64,000 nucleotides of DNA from the human T2T-CHM13v2.0 reference genome, Homo sapiens. Below, piece after piece: positions 46,050 to 59,391 of this stretch (positions are counted from its first letter, which is position 1; each line of letters begins with the position of its first letter). The position numbers were made by a program, and so were the translations under genes. The notes below the pieces were generated by a model. It searched no databases and had not been told where the DNA came from. It saw nothing but the letters and a program-made list of their open reading frames with translations. The stretch is from assembly GCF_009914755.1 (NCBI RefSeq), contig NC_060932.1; one strand, 5' to 3'.

Positions 46050-47110
46050 TGTCTCCAGAAATCTGTGCTCAACTCTGATCTGCTTGATCCACAGCCCTCC
46101 CCAATGATCTCTTCCATGTCATAGCTACAACTGCCCCCTTCTTATTGATAACTTCTCAACGTGTCTTTTTCACCAGACTTCTTTCCTGACCTAGAAATTT
46201 CCATATGCAACTGTCTGAGCAGCCCACCTGTCTGCTTCACATCCATGTCCTACTCGGCATATGTGAAGGTGACAAGATTACACCCCCTCTTTTGGGCTAA
46301 GTCAAACCCTAAGTCTTGACTCCTCCCTCTCCTTTACACTCCACACTGAATTACTCATCAAGGTTGGGGTAATCCTATTTCCCAAAGTTCTCTTGAATTC
46401 ATGCTTTTCCTTCTGGTCTTAATGCCAGCCTCATGTCAGCCCCCCATTCTCTCTCACCTATAACAGTTCCAGTAGATTGATAGGTGGTCTTTTAGCATCT
46501 ACTCTTTTCTCATCTCCAACCAACTTTTCATTGTAATGCTGGAATGATCTTTCTAAAAGGAATGAATATCTGGCTGTACCATGCCCCTTCTTGTGGTTCT
46601 CTTCAACTTCATGTTAAAATCCAAGCTATGCAGCATGTGATTAAAGGATATTTGTTACTTGTTTCTGATTTCCTTCCCTTTCTCATCTTCTATGTTTGCT
46701 ATCTTCGAACTTCAGGCTCCAGAAAGCCCGAACTGCCTGCACCACCCAAGAATTCTAGCCTCTCTCATCTCTTGATGCCTCTGTGTGCTATTTCTTCTGC
46801 CTGTAGCACCCATCTATTTCTTGTCCTTCAGAAAAATTTCTATTTATTCATCGAGTCTCATCTCAAGTTCTAGCTCTTCTATGAAACATTTTCTTACTCA
46901 TCCAGGAAAGCTTAAGTGCTATTTCCCCTCTATTTACCCTGAACCTTGTTATGCACCTGTGTCCTGGCTGTTGGCATGCTGGGTAGGAACATCTGTAGGA
47001 ATGACCGTCTTCTCCATTTGACTGGGAACTCTTCAGGGAAAACACCAAATATCTACTTATTTTGGTATCTCCATAAGGGTCAGGAAAAAAAAGTAAACAT
47101 TTCTTAAATA
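46050..47110 (+). mobile_element. L2 LINE fragments
   Basis: Pyrimidine-rich L2 motifs: ccatatgcaactgtctg, ggaatgatctttctaaaa, gactgggaactcttcaggg. Confidence 0.5.
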
Positions 47111-47357
47111 AATTTAAGTAATCATCCAGTCTGTAAACCTCTGTCTGACCCAAGCACACTTCAAAATATATAGGCATAATAAGTCTTCATTAGTCAATTA
47201 CTAAAGTGTTTTTCCATTAGAGGGAACAAGCTTTATTTCTGATTTTCCTCTAAATTATTGCCAAATGAAATTCTTTCTCCTTCTTTTCTCTGTTCTTAAA
47301 ATTGCTGCCCTTATAAATAAATTTGCACAGATATTTTGTGTATGGAAATGAAATTGA

Positions 47358-47760
47358 TACTATACGCACCTATTGGAATGGCTCAAAATGATAATATCAA
47401 GGACTAGCAAGGATACAAAGCAACTGAAAATTTTATGCATTGCTTGTGGAATGCAAAATAGCAAGCATTTTGGAAAACAGTTTGGCAATTTTTTATAAAT
47501 TAAACTTCACTTACAATACGACCCAGCAATCCTATTCCTATTTACCCAAGAAAAAGAAAGATGCATGTTTACAGAAAAGCTGTACACAAATATTTATGGC
47601 AGTTTTATCCATAATTACCAAAAACTAAAAATAAGTCAAATGTACTTCAACTAGTGAATGAATAAACAAACTATGGTGCATAGTTTGTGTACCATATGCA
47701 TAAGTGCATAAGCAATGCAGTCATTCTCAGCAATAAAAAGAAACAAACTGCCTAACACAT
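47358..47760 (+). mobile_element. Old L1M (L1MB/MC-like) ORF2 3' fragment
   Basis: tttggaaaacagtttggcaat, acgacccagcaatcc, ctcagcaataaaaagaaacaaact. Confidence 0.75.
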
Positions 47761-48199
47761 TGTATACACATGCAGCTCAGGGCAGACCATACATGTGGAC
47801 GTACTTCGTGAGCAGTGAAGCACGTGAAGGTGCTTTATCATTTTTAGTCTGAGAATATTCTAACCTAGACAAAGAACTAAAACAGACTTATTTTTCTCCA
47901 ATCACTGCCTAGACTTGTGCTTTGTTGAATTCCCCATCTTGCCCCTTGGCGGCATCCTAGGAAGACTCCATCACTCTCCTGCCACATCAGGAATAAAGTC
48001 CAGGCTGGCTAGTCCAATTGAAGCTGCCAATCTCCTTCCAAATGCTACCCTCGCTTCTTCCCTGACCTGCAGCTCCAAGCTTTTGTGTACCTTAGGGCCT
48101 TGGTGTGAGGAAGCTGGAGGGTGTGCACTTTTATTCCTCTTCTCTTTTCTCTTCTGTGTCCCCTCCTGTCATAGAAAAGGGATGGAGGAGAGGAAAACA

Positions 48200-48576
48200 C
48201 CTCTATAATGGGCCAATTTTTGGTGTACTCCTTGAAGCCCTAACTCCCACAGAGATGGTTTGTGGAGGTGGAGCCTTCAGAGGATGATGGGATTAGTGTT
48301 CTTACAAAAAAGGAAGAGAGACCAAAGTGCTTTTTCTCTCTCTCTCTCTCTGTCTGTCTCTCTCGCCACACACATACACATGCTAAGAAAAAGCTATGCG
48401 AGGACACAGCGAGAAAACAGCCATCTACAATCCAGGAAGAGAGCCTGTACTTGGAACTGAACGCTGCTGAATTCTGGTCTTGGGCATTCCAGCCTTCAGA
48501 GCTGTGAGAAAATAAGTGTCTGTTGTTGAAGCCACCTCATCTATGGTATTTTGTTATGGCAGCCTGAGCTAAGACA
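48200..48576 (+). mobile_element. MLT1A-like MaLR LTR
   Basis: ttgaagccctaactccc, gaggacacagcgagaa, aagccacctcatctatggtattttgttatggcagcctgagctaagaca. Confidence 0.75.
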
Positions 48577-51319
48577 GCCTCTAACCAGTGCTGCCAAGCC
48601 CCTTGCTTGGCTGTCACTGGCCTCTGCTTCTTCCAAAAAGGAGCTTCAGATATGCATTTTCAACAACTCTCTTTGCTTCCCTGTCATGAGGAATTGCATG
48701 TAAGGAGTGGGGAGCTGCATCTGCAAGCTTCTGGCAGGAGGAGACATGTGAAGTAGAGCTACCACTGATGTGCATTAGATTAAAGCCACTGCCAACCAGC
48801 AGCCAATTGTAATGTGAGCTAGAAATTGTCTATTGTTGTGAGCTGCTGAGATGTAGGAGTCATTTGGCACCTCAGCAAACTAATCCGCTACTTGCCCAAG
48901 CAAATCAGCAGGTGACTACAAAAGCTGAGATCCAACCTTGGAATGTGATACCTAGGATGCACTATTTTGATTGGCCAGTCACCTGTAACTTCTATGAGAG
49001 ATTCTCATGGAGTTGCTTTCTTTTGGCTTTGGGACTCGGAGACTCATCTCTTGCTATGTACACTGAATTCCAACTATGCTTCCCTGGGAAAATTCCCTTG
49101 ATGTGCTAGTCTTCTATTTCTATCGGCTGGAGAGGGGATGGGAGGACAGGGGATGAAGCACAGCCAGCTCAGCTGTGTCTCAATAATTGTTGGAGGCATT
49201 GTCTCCTCATTGACCTTGCCATTATTTTTGGTTTTCTATAGATAGACTGTTCTCTCTCTCTCTCTCTCTCTCTCCATCCACCGCGCGCCCCCCACTCCCC
49301 GCCCCCCCGCCTCAGCATTGAGTTCTAGTACCCAGTTCCAGGATAACAGAAAACTTTCACTCGATAGTGTGATATTACTTCTATTAACACACACCCCAAG
49401 TGATAGTTGGGCAAGACAATCAAGCCATCTCTTCTCAGGTATAGGACTGCTAAGGCAGTCCTGCATTCTGAAAATATCACTCATTCACAAGATCATTTGC
49501 TCGTGCATTCATAACTTTAACAAATACATATAAAATGCCTACTGAACTTACACAGGTGATGCTTGAGAGACACCTGAGAATAATCTCTGTAAGGGCTTTA
49601 TTTGTGCAGGAAATGGGCATGACAAAGGCATGGATGAGCATGAAGCCCACAGGGGGTTGCCAGAACTCAGTAGCACTGAAACATAAGAAGAGAGTTATGA
49701 CTCATTCTGGTGCAAGTGAGAGAGACCCAGCTCCAATGACACCGAGAGCAGAGGGAAGTAATGTTTTGGCCCATGCAGTTGACAAGCATGGGGATAAGTT
49801 GGTCCAGGTTCACAAACAGAGCTGCAAGAATCTGCCTCTGTCTGTGGCTCTTCTTTCTTTCCCGCTGGTCTCGCTTTCAAGCACTGTCTCTCCATGTTGT
49901 GGCTTCTAGCTGCACTCATCAGATTTTCTTAGGTTCAAGATAAGACTCAACTTCACTGGCAGAGTTTGTAGAATGAGCTCTAATTGGCTCTGGTTTGTGC
50001 ACTTTGACATTTCTGAACCAATCTCTGCAGTCAGAGGGATGCACTATTCAATTGGCCAGGACTGGGTCATCTGACTGCTCTGAAGGCACAAACAGAGTTG
50101 GTATCACCTAAATCACAGCGATTGAGAGTGGGGGAGGGTGGTCCTCTGAAAAGAATTTGGATATTTTTCAGAAGAAGGGAGAAAGACAACTAGACAAACA
50201 GACCACAATATCTACTTTAGAGAGCACCAGGGACTGGGAAAAGAGAAGGTTGGAGGGGTGGACGGGGGCCCATCGTGACAGAGGGTAAACTCTATCTTGA
50301 TGGTAGGCAGGAGCCAGGAGCAGCCAATTTATGTTTTTGAAAAATCCCTTTGATGGCAAGAAAAGGATGACTTAGTTGGGTGATGGTGAGGGGTAAAGAG
50401 AAATTAGGAAGTCAGGGGCTCTTGGGATGTTCCTCTTTAGTTATGAGGCAAAGTCCCGGAGCTGGGAAGGACAGAAGGGATGTAAAATCCTTTTACGTGT
50501 AGAATATAATTGATGTGGAGGCTGGTCGCTTGTGGTGGATGAAGGCATGGGCCCATGTTTGCAGGCTCGGGGTCCCTGGGCTCTGCAGGCTGGGGTGACT
50601 CTGTGAGATCCCAGGGAAGCACTGGTTTCTCCCATGCTGGGCCTGCTGAGCTGCTAACAAGCAACGCTGAAGTAACACACAATCTACCTGCTCAGAGTCA
50701 TGGTCATGTCAAATTTTGGGCAGTACATTCTGGGTGGAAGTCCCAGGGGAGCTTGTCAGCTTGTCATTTCAAAGCTCTAGAGAGGTTTGGTCACCCAGCC
50801 CCAGGAAAATGCAAGCAATTTTGATGTTAGCAAAGATCTTCTAAACAAACAGAGGCCAGTTTTCAGAGCAAGAAAAGGCAAAGCAAACCAAAGGCAATTA
50901 GTTTCACATACTGCAAATGTTACCCTGCTCCTTGGAGTTGCAAATCTCCTTCAAACTCTGTCCAAATTATGAAGTTTGACTTAGAAAATTGGAGGAAACG
51001 GCAAACACGTAATCCATTTATATTTTTTATTATTGAGAAAAGGAAATGTCAGAATTAATAAATGTATACTATAATCACACACTAGTGATACCAAGGTTTG
51101 GAGTCAGAGAATACTTCAATTTTAAGAGATTTTGAGTCAACAAATATTTATTGAGTTCCTACTGTATACCAGATACTATATAGATAATTTTGCAACTGGG
51201 CTATAATTCTCAAATTACAATTGACGGAATGGAAGCCCAGAGAAGGCCCATGACTTATTCAAGGTCAGAGAGGAATAAAATGCATGTTTACCCCACTTGG
51301 AGGGATCACATGAAGGTCA

Positions 51320-51731
<412 letters not shown>

Positions 51732-54049
51732 TTACCATGCACATCCACTATGCAGGGAAATGCAGTAGAATGCTAGTTTGTCCCCATAGCCCCCTGAGCC
51801 CTGAGCTCACCTCTTTGAGATTCAAAACTCAAAGTGCAGTAATTACTTGGTAGAGAAGCTGATTCATTCTATCATGTTACTAAGCAAGACAGAAAGTAAA
51901 GAAATGAGGCTCAGAATCTGGAAGACCCAAGGAAATGAGCCTGAGTCCCCTCATGCCTCCTCCTGCACCCCTGGTTAGCTCTAAACCCTGCTGCTGACCA
52001 AATGAAGCATAAACCCTCACTTTGTCTGACAAGGTCTTGTTGATGGCCTGGACAACTTACTCCAGAGCTCATCACTTGCTCACTCAGCAACAGTCACTTG
52101 CCTGGTTTTCTCTTCCTCGGACATGCCATGTTTATTGCCTTCTGGTGGTTTTTGACTTTGTTGCTCCTTTTGCCTGCATTGCAGTTCCCCTGAGTCTTCA
52201 CCTGGCTCTTTCTTCTCTTTAGGTCTCAGATGGGGTGTTTAGAGAGGCTTTCCCAGCCTGCATGGTGACACCAGGCCCAGACTTAGCCGTCTCTAATCTA
52301 TTTTTGTCTAATTGTGTTCATAGCACTTACTAAACTTTTCTTGTATATTTATTTGCATACTTGCTTATTGTATTTCATTCTCATCCCCTCCTACCCACAT
52401 CTGAATTTAAAAGTCCTGAGAGCAGGGCAGAAGTTGGCCTCATGCAGGGCCACAGTGCACAGAACAGTAACTGCTATGCAGAAGACATCTGATATTTATT
52501 TTTTACAAAACAGCGCTTTATCACCAGAAAAAGATCCTGTAAAGTATTGCTGACTTTAAAAGCAAGGCGGGAGGAGACACTAGATGTGCTTGCATTGCAA
52601 TAGAAACCCAATATCCAGTAACTACAGAATTCAAGAACCACGCCTTTGTGGAAACCTAAGGTCTGGAAATTTTCATGTCACCTTTTTTTGTTCCTATTTC
52701 TTGACACCCATCAAGGAAAGCCCAGCTCTTGTTGATTTCACAGTCATCATCCAGCCTCAGCAGGGTCCCTTCAAGATGTGTACTCTCCCTTCACCATGCA
52801 CAGGGCCAGAAGCTGCCTGTGGTCCCACCTGTGGACCTGCCTGTGGATGGCTACTTGCTCCCAGGAGAAGCTCCGATGGGGTGCTGCCTTCCTAGAGGAT
52901 GGAGGTGCGAGAGGGCACCTTGAGAGAAGGGCTGAGTGCCTCGAAGGACCTGAGCAGGACTCAGCTTGAACATGAAAGGCCCTGAGGAAGTGGAGGGTTC
53001 AGAGAGGCTGGGGAAAGCCAGGTATGCAACGTGGTCCAAATCTCCTGTTCCCTGAGTCTGGAAGCAGCTCCACCTGACACTTGTGCCCTGAGAGCACGGT
53101 CAGTTTCATTCCAACAAACTAAACCCAGGTTGTGGTGACTGAAATGGGGGACAGAAACAAAATACATCTAACAGAGGTGGTTTTGGAAATTGCCTTTGAG
53201 CCCCAAAGCCTCTCCTCCAAATGCTGTTCCTCTGATCTTGTCCTATACCTGACCTCAGCCTCTCGCACCCACCATCATCCTGTAGAACTTCACTCCCCCA
53301 TGATCTTAATGTCATGCATTCTGGCATCTGACCACCGTCCGGTTCATTCCTACCTGTGCCCCAACCGCAGCGGTGCTCTGGCAATAGGAACTCTTGCGTT
53401 TAAAGCCATTCCCCACCCGATTAATGTCCTCTCCTCCCTCCTTTCCCCAGGGAAATTCCACAATCACTATAATCCCTTTTGCATAATTTTAAGTCTCCTT
53501 TTCTCTCTCTCTCTCTCCCCCCATTGTATTCACTTGGAAAAACTCTAACTCTAGTAAAATTCAGCTGCCATTCTATTCCTCCCCAGCACCCAGTGTGGTC
53601 TGGCGGGAGACAAACCCACAGCCACATTGACTGGTCTCATTGAAATCTATGACCTCAAACCTTAGCACCTCAGGTGGCTTTTCACTGCTGCTGGGTAACT
53701 GCCCTAAACTTCCGGACTTTTCATTTCCCTTCTCCTAGGCAACCAGACTCGCCTTTTTGCCCGACAAGCCCCAGCACTTTCGCCCCACTCTTGGTTCCCA
53801 GTGGACAGCATTGCTCCCTACTTCACTCAGAATAGTGAGGTTAGAGAAAAAACAAAAGCTTCCATGCATCTCTTGCCACACCCCGGCACCCCAGCCCACA
53901 CCCCAGTTCATATCCCAGCTGCCTCAACTGTCACTGCAACCTTACCCACCCACACATGGGCACCTGCACCCACCAGTCTGCCTTCCCACCGGAGCTGCTC
54001 CTGGACCCGTCACTCCTCACATTCTGTTTTTGCCATTCTGCTGTGATGT

Positions 54050-54770
54050 TCTCTACACAGATGGGGCCATCCCTGCAGACTGCTTTTCAGGGTCCCACCT
54101 TGGCTGGCTTCCTGGTACATCTAGCCAAAGGGAGGCAAAGGCAAGAGGTGGAAGGGCAGGGGAAGTGAGAAGTCAGGTGGATCCAGCTTTTCCCTGAACT
54201 TCCTGTGCTCCAGCCCACACTGCTCCATCTCCCAGTGGCTCTAATGGCTCCGGAGTCGCCCTAGCCCAGGGCATCCAGCATTTCTGCCCTCAATCCCCAA
54301 GTCTGGGGGTAGCAATGGCTTCTTCTCATCTCTGAGTTACCTCAGATCACTTGTTTGTCTTCTCACCTCACCCACCACCTGTGTAAATAATTCCCTGCAT
54401 CAGCTATGCGAGATAAATAAGTTCTAGAGATCTACTTCACAACATCAGGCATATGATTGACAACACTGTATTGTACAGTTAGAAATTTGCTAAGCGGGTA
54501 GATCTTATATTGTGTTCTTACCACAAAAGGGAAAAACAAACAAAACAAAGAGGCATGGAGGAAATGTCTGGAGGTGATGGATAAGTTTATGGTGGTGTTG
54601 TGGTGACAGCTGCATGGTTGCATACTCATCTCCAAGCACATCAAGTTGCATACATTAAATATCTATAGTTTTTGTGTGTCAACCATACCTTCCAAAAGTG
54701 GTTTAAAAATTCCTGCTGTTGCAAATATATAAACTCAGCCCCTTTCTTGCTTAATCCCTGAATGATTCAA
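54050..54770 (+). mobile_element. Old ERVL-class LTR (LTR33-like) interrupted by an L1
   Basis: gccaaagggaggca, ggtagcaatggcttc, cacctgtgtaaataattccctgcat; resumes aaattcctgctgttg...ccctgaatgattca. Confidence 0.45.
54404..54710 (+). mobile_element. L1MA/L1MB 3'UTR fragment
   Basis: aataagttctagagatct...aaatttgctaagcgggtagatctta...ggaggtgatggataagttta. Confidence 0.8.
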
Positions 54771-55152
54771 TTCTTGGAAATAGAAGTGAGGTTTATCCTC
54801 TGAAGGTCTCATAAAAGTGTCCTACTAAGGCATTTGATTAAGTTTATGATAACCTGAAGTTATTCTCGAGGAAGATCCTGCTTCTTAAATCAGGTAAAAA
54901 TATGAGGAGTTGTGATATAAATTATCCCCTCCTCCCTGTTTTATCAAGTCATCATTGATGGCATTCATCTTTGTAATTCTCCCAGAGATGAGGTATTTGC
55001 TTCCATCCAGTGACAAATAATTGATCCTATTTTGACTATAGTCAGAAAACATCAGTCTAAGAATCACAGGATGGAGTGATGGAGTTGGGAATGGGCCCTC
55101 TCGCTAGTAATTATATGACCTGCTTACCGGGTCTTTTTGTCATGTCCGCCCA

Positions 55153-55490
55153 ACCTTGGTCTCTGCTGGTCTAGAATTCTTTATTCCCAGGAGAGGACAC
55201 TTCTCCCAGGGGACAAAACACTGGTTAGTTTAACCTGGAAGTTCACAGTGCTCTAGGTTAGTTGGGTCTCCTCTTTCCACTAAACCAACAGGCCAAGAAG
55301 GGGCTCACTATACTGGATGAATATAGTGAGCCCATAGTGATCCTGATTACCAAGGGGACTTTGGGTGTTTGTTACAAAATTGGAGAGGGGAGGGTTATGC
55401 CTTTTACCAGGGGATTCACTGGGGCATCTCTTAGAACTTTCATATCTAACAGTAAAAGTCAATGCAAAACTATAGCAACCGAATAAAGGA
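55153..55490 (+). pseudogene. ERV-L internal fragment: degenerate dUTPase
   Basis: Frame-broken peptides TLVSAGLEFFIP, GLLFPLNQQAKKGLTIL, DPDYQ and GDSLGHLL..VKVNAKL*QPN resemble the recalled HERV-L dUTPase (SAGLEVLVP..GLLLPLSQQAKKGVTVLAGVIDPDYQ..GDPLGRLL..KVNGKLQQPN). Confidence 0.8.
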
Positions 55491-56039
55491 AGGCTTGCTG
55501 AAGACTCAGACATAATCCCCTACTCCCAGAAAATAAAAGAACAAAACAAATAAAAACCAAAATGCTGATTGAGGGCAAGAATGGTTGAGCTAAAAAAAGA
55601 AATTACAAGTATCAACCATAACCTCAGACAGAAGCCTGAGTAGCTCTGCATATCTTTGTTTTATGTATAACAAGCAATGGATATGCTTTTCTTTTTAATT
55701 CCCCTACTATTTTGTTGAAGACAGTGGATGTTGCCTAACTTTACAACTTAGTTCCTAGGTCCCAGACCAGGAAGAGTCTGATCCAGACCTGGGGGAGATC
55801 CTGGTCTTGAGAAGGATGTGGTGACGATGGAACTTTGTGTCTCCCCTTGCTGGGGAGAAGGGGAGAATATTCTCTTTTTAATAACAGATCATGTTTCCAC
55901 CTAACACGAGAGAACAAAGCTATCATCTGATGGCTGCAAACTGATAGAAATGAATGTAAAGGAGCAAAAGGAATAGATGTTCCCGGCCCTAAAACTGTTT
56001 GTTTGACATCAAGTCCCTTCCTTCCTTGCCCCTCTCTTG

Positions 56040-57267
56040 TGTGCTAAATGTTACTTTGGTGGCTTCCTAGTGAATCATACTCTCCCTCTGAATCTGGGCT
56101 GGCCCTTGGCTCACTTTAGCCTATAGATTGCAGTGGATGATATACCATGCAAATTATAGAAATGAGACTTAAGAAGACCTGGCATTTTTGTTTTCACCAT
56201 GTTGGAATCCAACTGCCATGTGAAAGTCTATCTACCCTGAGAACTCCATGCTGTGAGAAAGTTCAAGCTAGCCACTGGGAGGGGCCTCATGGAGGAAAAT
56301 CCAGGAACTCAGTGACAAGGAGAACCAAGGTCCCCAGACCAACAGTGCTAGCTGAGCTCCCAGCCAACATTCAGCAGCAATCCACCAGCCACATGAGTGA
56401 GCTGCCTCCGAGCTGGCTCCTCCAGGGGGCCCTGTGAGCCATCCTAGCTGAGGCCTGCTGAGGCACCAACAAGCAGTGGTAATGAAGCCCTACCCTAGTA
56501 GTAGAATAATGAGCAGACACAGCAGGTTTTATGTTTTTATAGCTTTTATTTTTTTTTACTTTTAGTTTCAGGGGTACATGGGCAGGTTGGTTCTATAGAT
56601 AAATTGCACACCACAGGGGTTTGTGGTACATATTATTTCATCACTCAGGTAATAAGGATAATACCCAGTAGGTAGTTTTTTGATCCTCACCTTCCTCCTT
56701 CCCTCCACCTTCAAATAGGCTCCGGTGTCTATTGTTTCCTTTTCTGTGTCATCTGTACTCAATGTTTAGCTCCCACTTGTAAGTGAGGACATGCAGTATT
56801 TAGTTTTCTGTTCCTGCATTAGTTCACTTAGGATAATGGCTTCCAGCTCCAACTACATTGCTCCAAAGACCATGATCTCATCTTTTTAATGGCTATATAG
56901 TATCCCATGGTGTAATGTGGACCACATTTTCTTTATTCAGTCCACCACTGGTGGGCATCTATGTTGATTCCATGTCTTTGCTATTGTGAACAGTGCTGAT
57001 ATGAACACATGTGTGCATATGTCTTTATTGTAGAATGATTTTTATTTTGGGAGTATATCCCCAGTAATGGGATTGCTGTGTCAAATGGTAGTTCTCTTTT
57101 AAGTTCTTTGAGATATCACCACACTGCTTTCCACAGTGGCTGAACTAATTTACATTCCCATCAGCAGTGTATGAGCATTCCCTTTTATCCACAGCCTCAC
57201 TGGCAACAGGTTTTAAGCCACAGGATTGTGGGGTAGTTTGTTACACAGCCAGAGATAACTGGAATAA
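56040..57267 (+). mobile_element. MLT1 (F/G-like) LTR split by an L1PA
   Basis: gaatctgggctggccc, ccatgctgtgagaaagttcaagctagcc; resumes ttttaagccacaggattgtggggtagtttgttacacagccagagataac. Confidence 0.65.
56532..57203 (-). mobile_element. 5'-truncated L1PA15/16-like element
   Basis: gtttcaggggtacatgggcagg...ggtagttttttgatcctcaccttcctcc. 12-bp TSD caRcaggtttta at 56520-56531 and 57204-57215. Confidence 0.85.
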
Positions 57268-57269
57268 CC

Positions 57270-57666
57270 ATTATGCACCATCGGAGAAGGGCTTGGCCCT
57301 GCAGGCGTTGTTTCACCAGGCAGAGTTTGGCCAGTGGGAGCCTCTGGAAGGAGACTGACAGGCTAAAGGGAGAGAGGAGCCTCAAGGTGTGTTTCTGGCA
57401 GAAGCTGCTGCTCTTCTGGTTCAAGCTGTTTCCAGAAAGACCCTCTGTGCTTCTGGTTTTGCAAGGCAATCCCAGCCCATTCCCCATTACGCTGCCTGTC
57501 CCCTTCATCCCTCCAGCCTGGGGTTGGGAGTGGCTTTTGCTGTTGTTCATCACAGTCCTGTTTTCCTCAATTCTTCCAACAGTTGTGTAATTAAATGCCC
57601 ACATTAAATTCCCTCTATGAAAAATAAATAATTTCTGTTTTGCTGGTTAGATTCTGACTGATACAT
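57270..57666 (+). mobile_element. Old ERVL-class LTR fragment
   Basis: cattaaattccctct...ttctgttttgctggttagattctgactgataca terminus. Confidence 0.45.
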
Positions 57667-57759
57667 CTCCTGTTGCAATAAATAAGCCATCCCTGTTGTC
57701 TTCTACATCCTCATTTTTTTTCGATGCTCCCGATCTCCCATCAAAGTATAAACATGCTC

Positions 57760-58198
57760 TTACCCTGAAAGCTGGCCCCTCTGGCCTCTCTGATACATCT
57801 CTCCTCAATACTCTGCCTTGCCTTGTGGCCTTTGCACTGGCTGCTCTGTCCGCCAAGGAAGTTCTTCTCTCAGATGTGAGCAGGGCTAATTCTCTCACCT
57901 CCTCCAATCCTCTGTGCAGGCATCACCTTCTAATAAGATTTCATCAATCCCTACTTAAATGGCAGCCACTCTGTCCTTCCTCTGGCCCTCATAGTCCCCC
58001 TTATTCTGTTTCTTTATCTCTCCTTTTTTGCAGCGCTTATCATCTGTGAACATACAATGCAATTTTCTTATTTATCCTGTTTATTTTCTATTGTTTCTCT
58101 TCCCTGTTCTACATAAAGCTGATTTATCCCACGTGCCTTGAACAGGGCTGGCACATGGCGGATGTTCAGTAAACATTTGCTGAAGACATAGATGAATG
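57760..58198 (+). mobile_element. L2a-like LINE 3' fragment
   Basis: ggcctttgcactggctgctc...gaacagggctggcacatggcggatgttcagtaaacatttgctgaa. Confidence 0.65.
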
Positions 58199-59336
58199 TC
58201 CAAAGCAGAGAAAAGCTACACCTTTGTGGATGAAGCAGATGAAAGGGCTGACCGCCCAGGCTGCTCACTCTTCCCCTCTCCCTCAGTGATATTCTCTTTA
58301 GGACCTCATGAACATAGTTTAAAACACACAGCTGCAGAGTCCCTGAAAGCCCTGGATTATTTTGGCATATATATTTAGTGTGGGCTCACAACTTGTTGTC
58401 TATTATTTGTTACAAAGTTTGTTTTACAAACACATTCACTGAGTTTTAACAAGTGATACACCCCAAGATGGTCTGGGAGGGGGTTATCTAAATAAAAATA
58501 CAGAAAAAATAGATTGTTTGCTGCAGAATTTCTCACAGCTTTTAATAAGTTCATGACTGTTATGAATTCCCAAGAGGGACTTGGAATATTTCCCAAATGT
58601 ATTTGACCACAGAACCCCTTTACTACGAAAGGTCTGGTGGGACACTTTGGGGAATGCACTTCTGTCTGCTGATATCAGCCATCCACTCATTACTATAATC
58701 ATTTTTCATCACCATAAATATTTAACTCATATTCTTATCTTAATCACTAATACAGTTAGTAATTCTACATTAACATCAACCCTGCTGTTGTATGATCTTA
58801 ATGATTAACTATTCATTTTAAATGATCGACTGTGGTTCACCCCTCAGTGCACAGTAATGAAATTCCAGTCCTAAGAAGAAGGTCAAGATGGTGGACAGGT
58901 AGAATGAGCTCTCTGGCGGAAAGTCAGACAAACTGGATCTGGTCCTGTCTTTATCACAGGTGTGTGACTTGGGGCAGGTAACAGAACACCTGTGCCTCAG
59001 TTTCTTGTTAGCAGAGTTGTCTTGAGTCAGTCTAGATGTTGACGCTAAGATTCCTCCCACATGTAGCAACAAGGAAAGTAAGCACATGTGTCTCTGTCCC
59101 TACCCAGATGAGCTCTGCTGGCATTACTTGGCGTAGACCTGCTGCTGTGTATTGTTCACTCTCTGTAGCAGGCACTGTTTTAATAGTCTCTGTCACAATG
59201 CCTACAAAAACCAGTGCTACAAATGCTTCAAATAAGAGTAATGAAGGAGAGAATGACTGGGGATACTTTACTCCATGAAGTTTATAACTTCAATGCTCTG
59301 TATAGAGCTACACCTCTACAAACTCTTCTCTCTTTC

Positions 59337-59388
<52 letters not shown>
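59337..59388. repeat. (TCTA)13 tetranucleotide STR
   Basis: Perfect run seen directly. Confidence 0.97.

Positions 59389-59391
<3 letters not shown>

Noticed and set aside
53757-54197. 146-aa proline-rich ORF
   Set aside because: Non-ATG start in C-rich L2/LTR-like sequence, no domain and no supporting splice structure.
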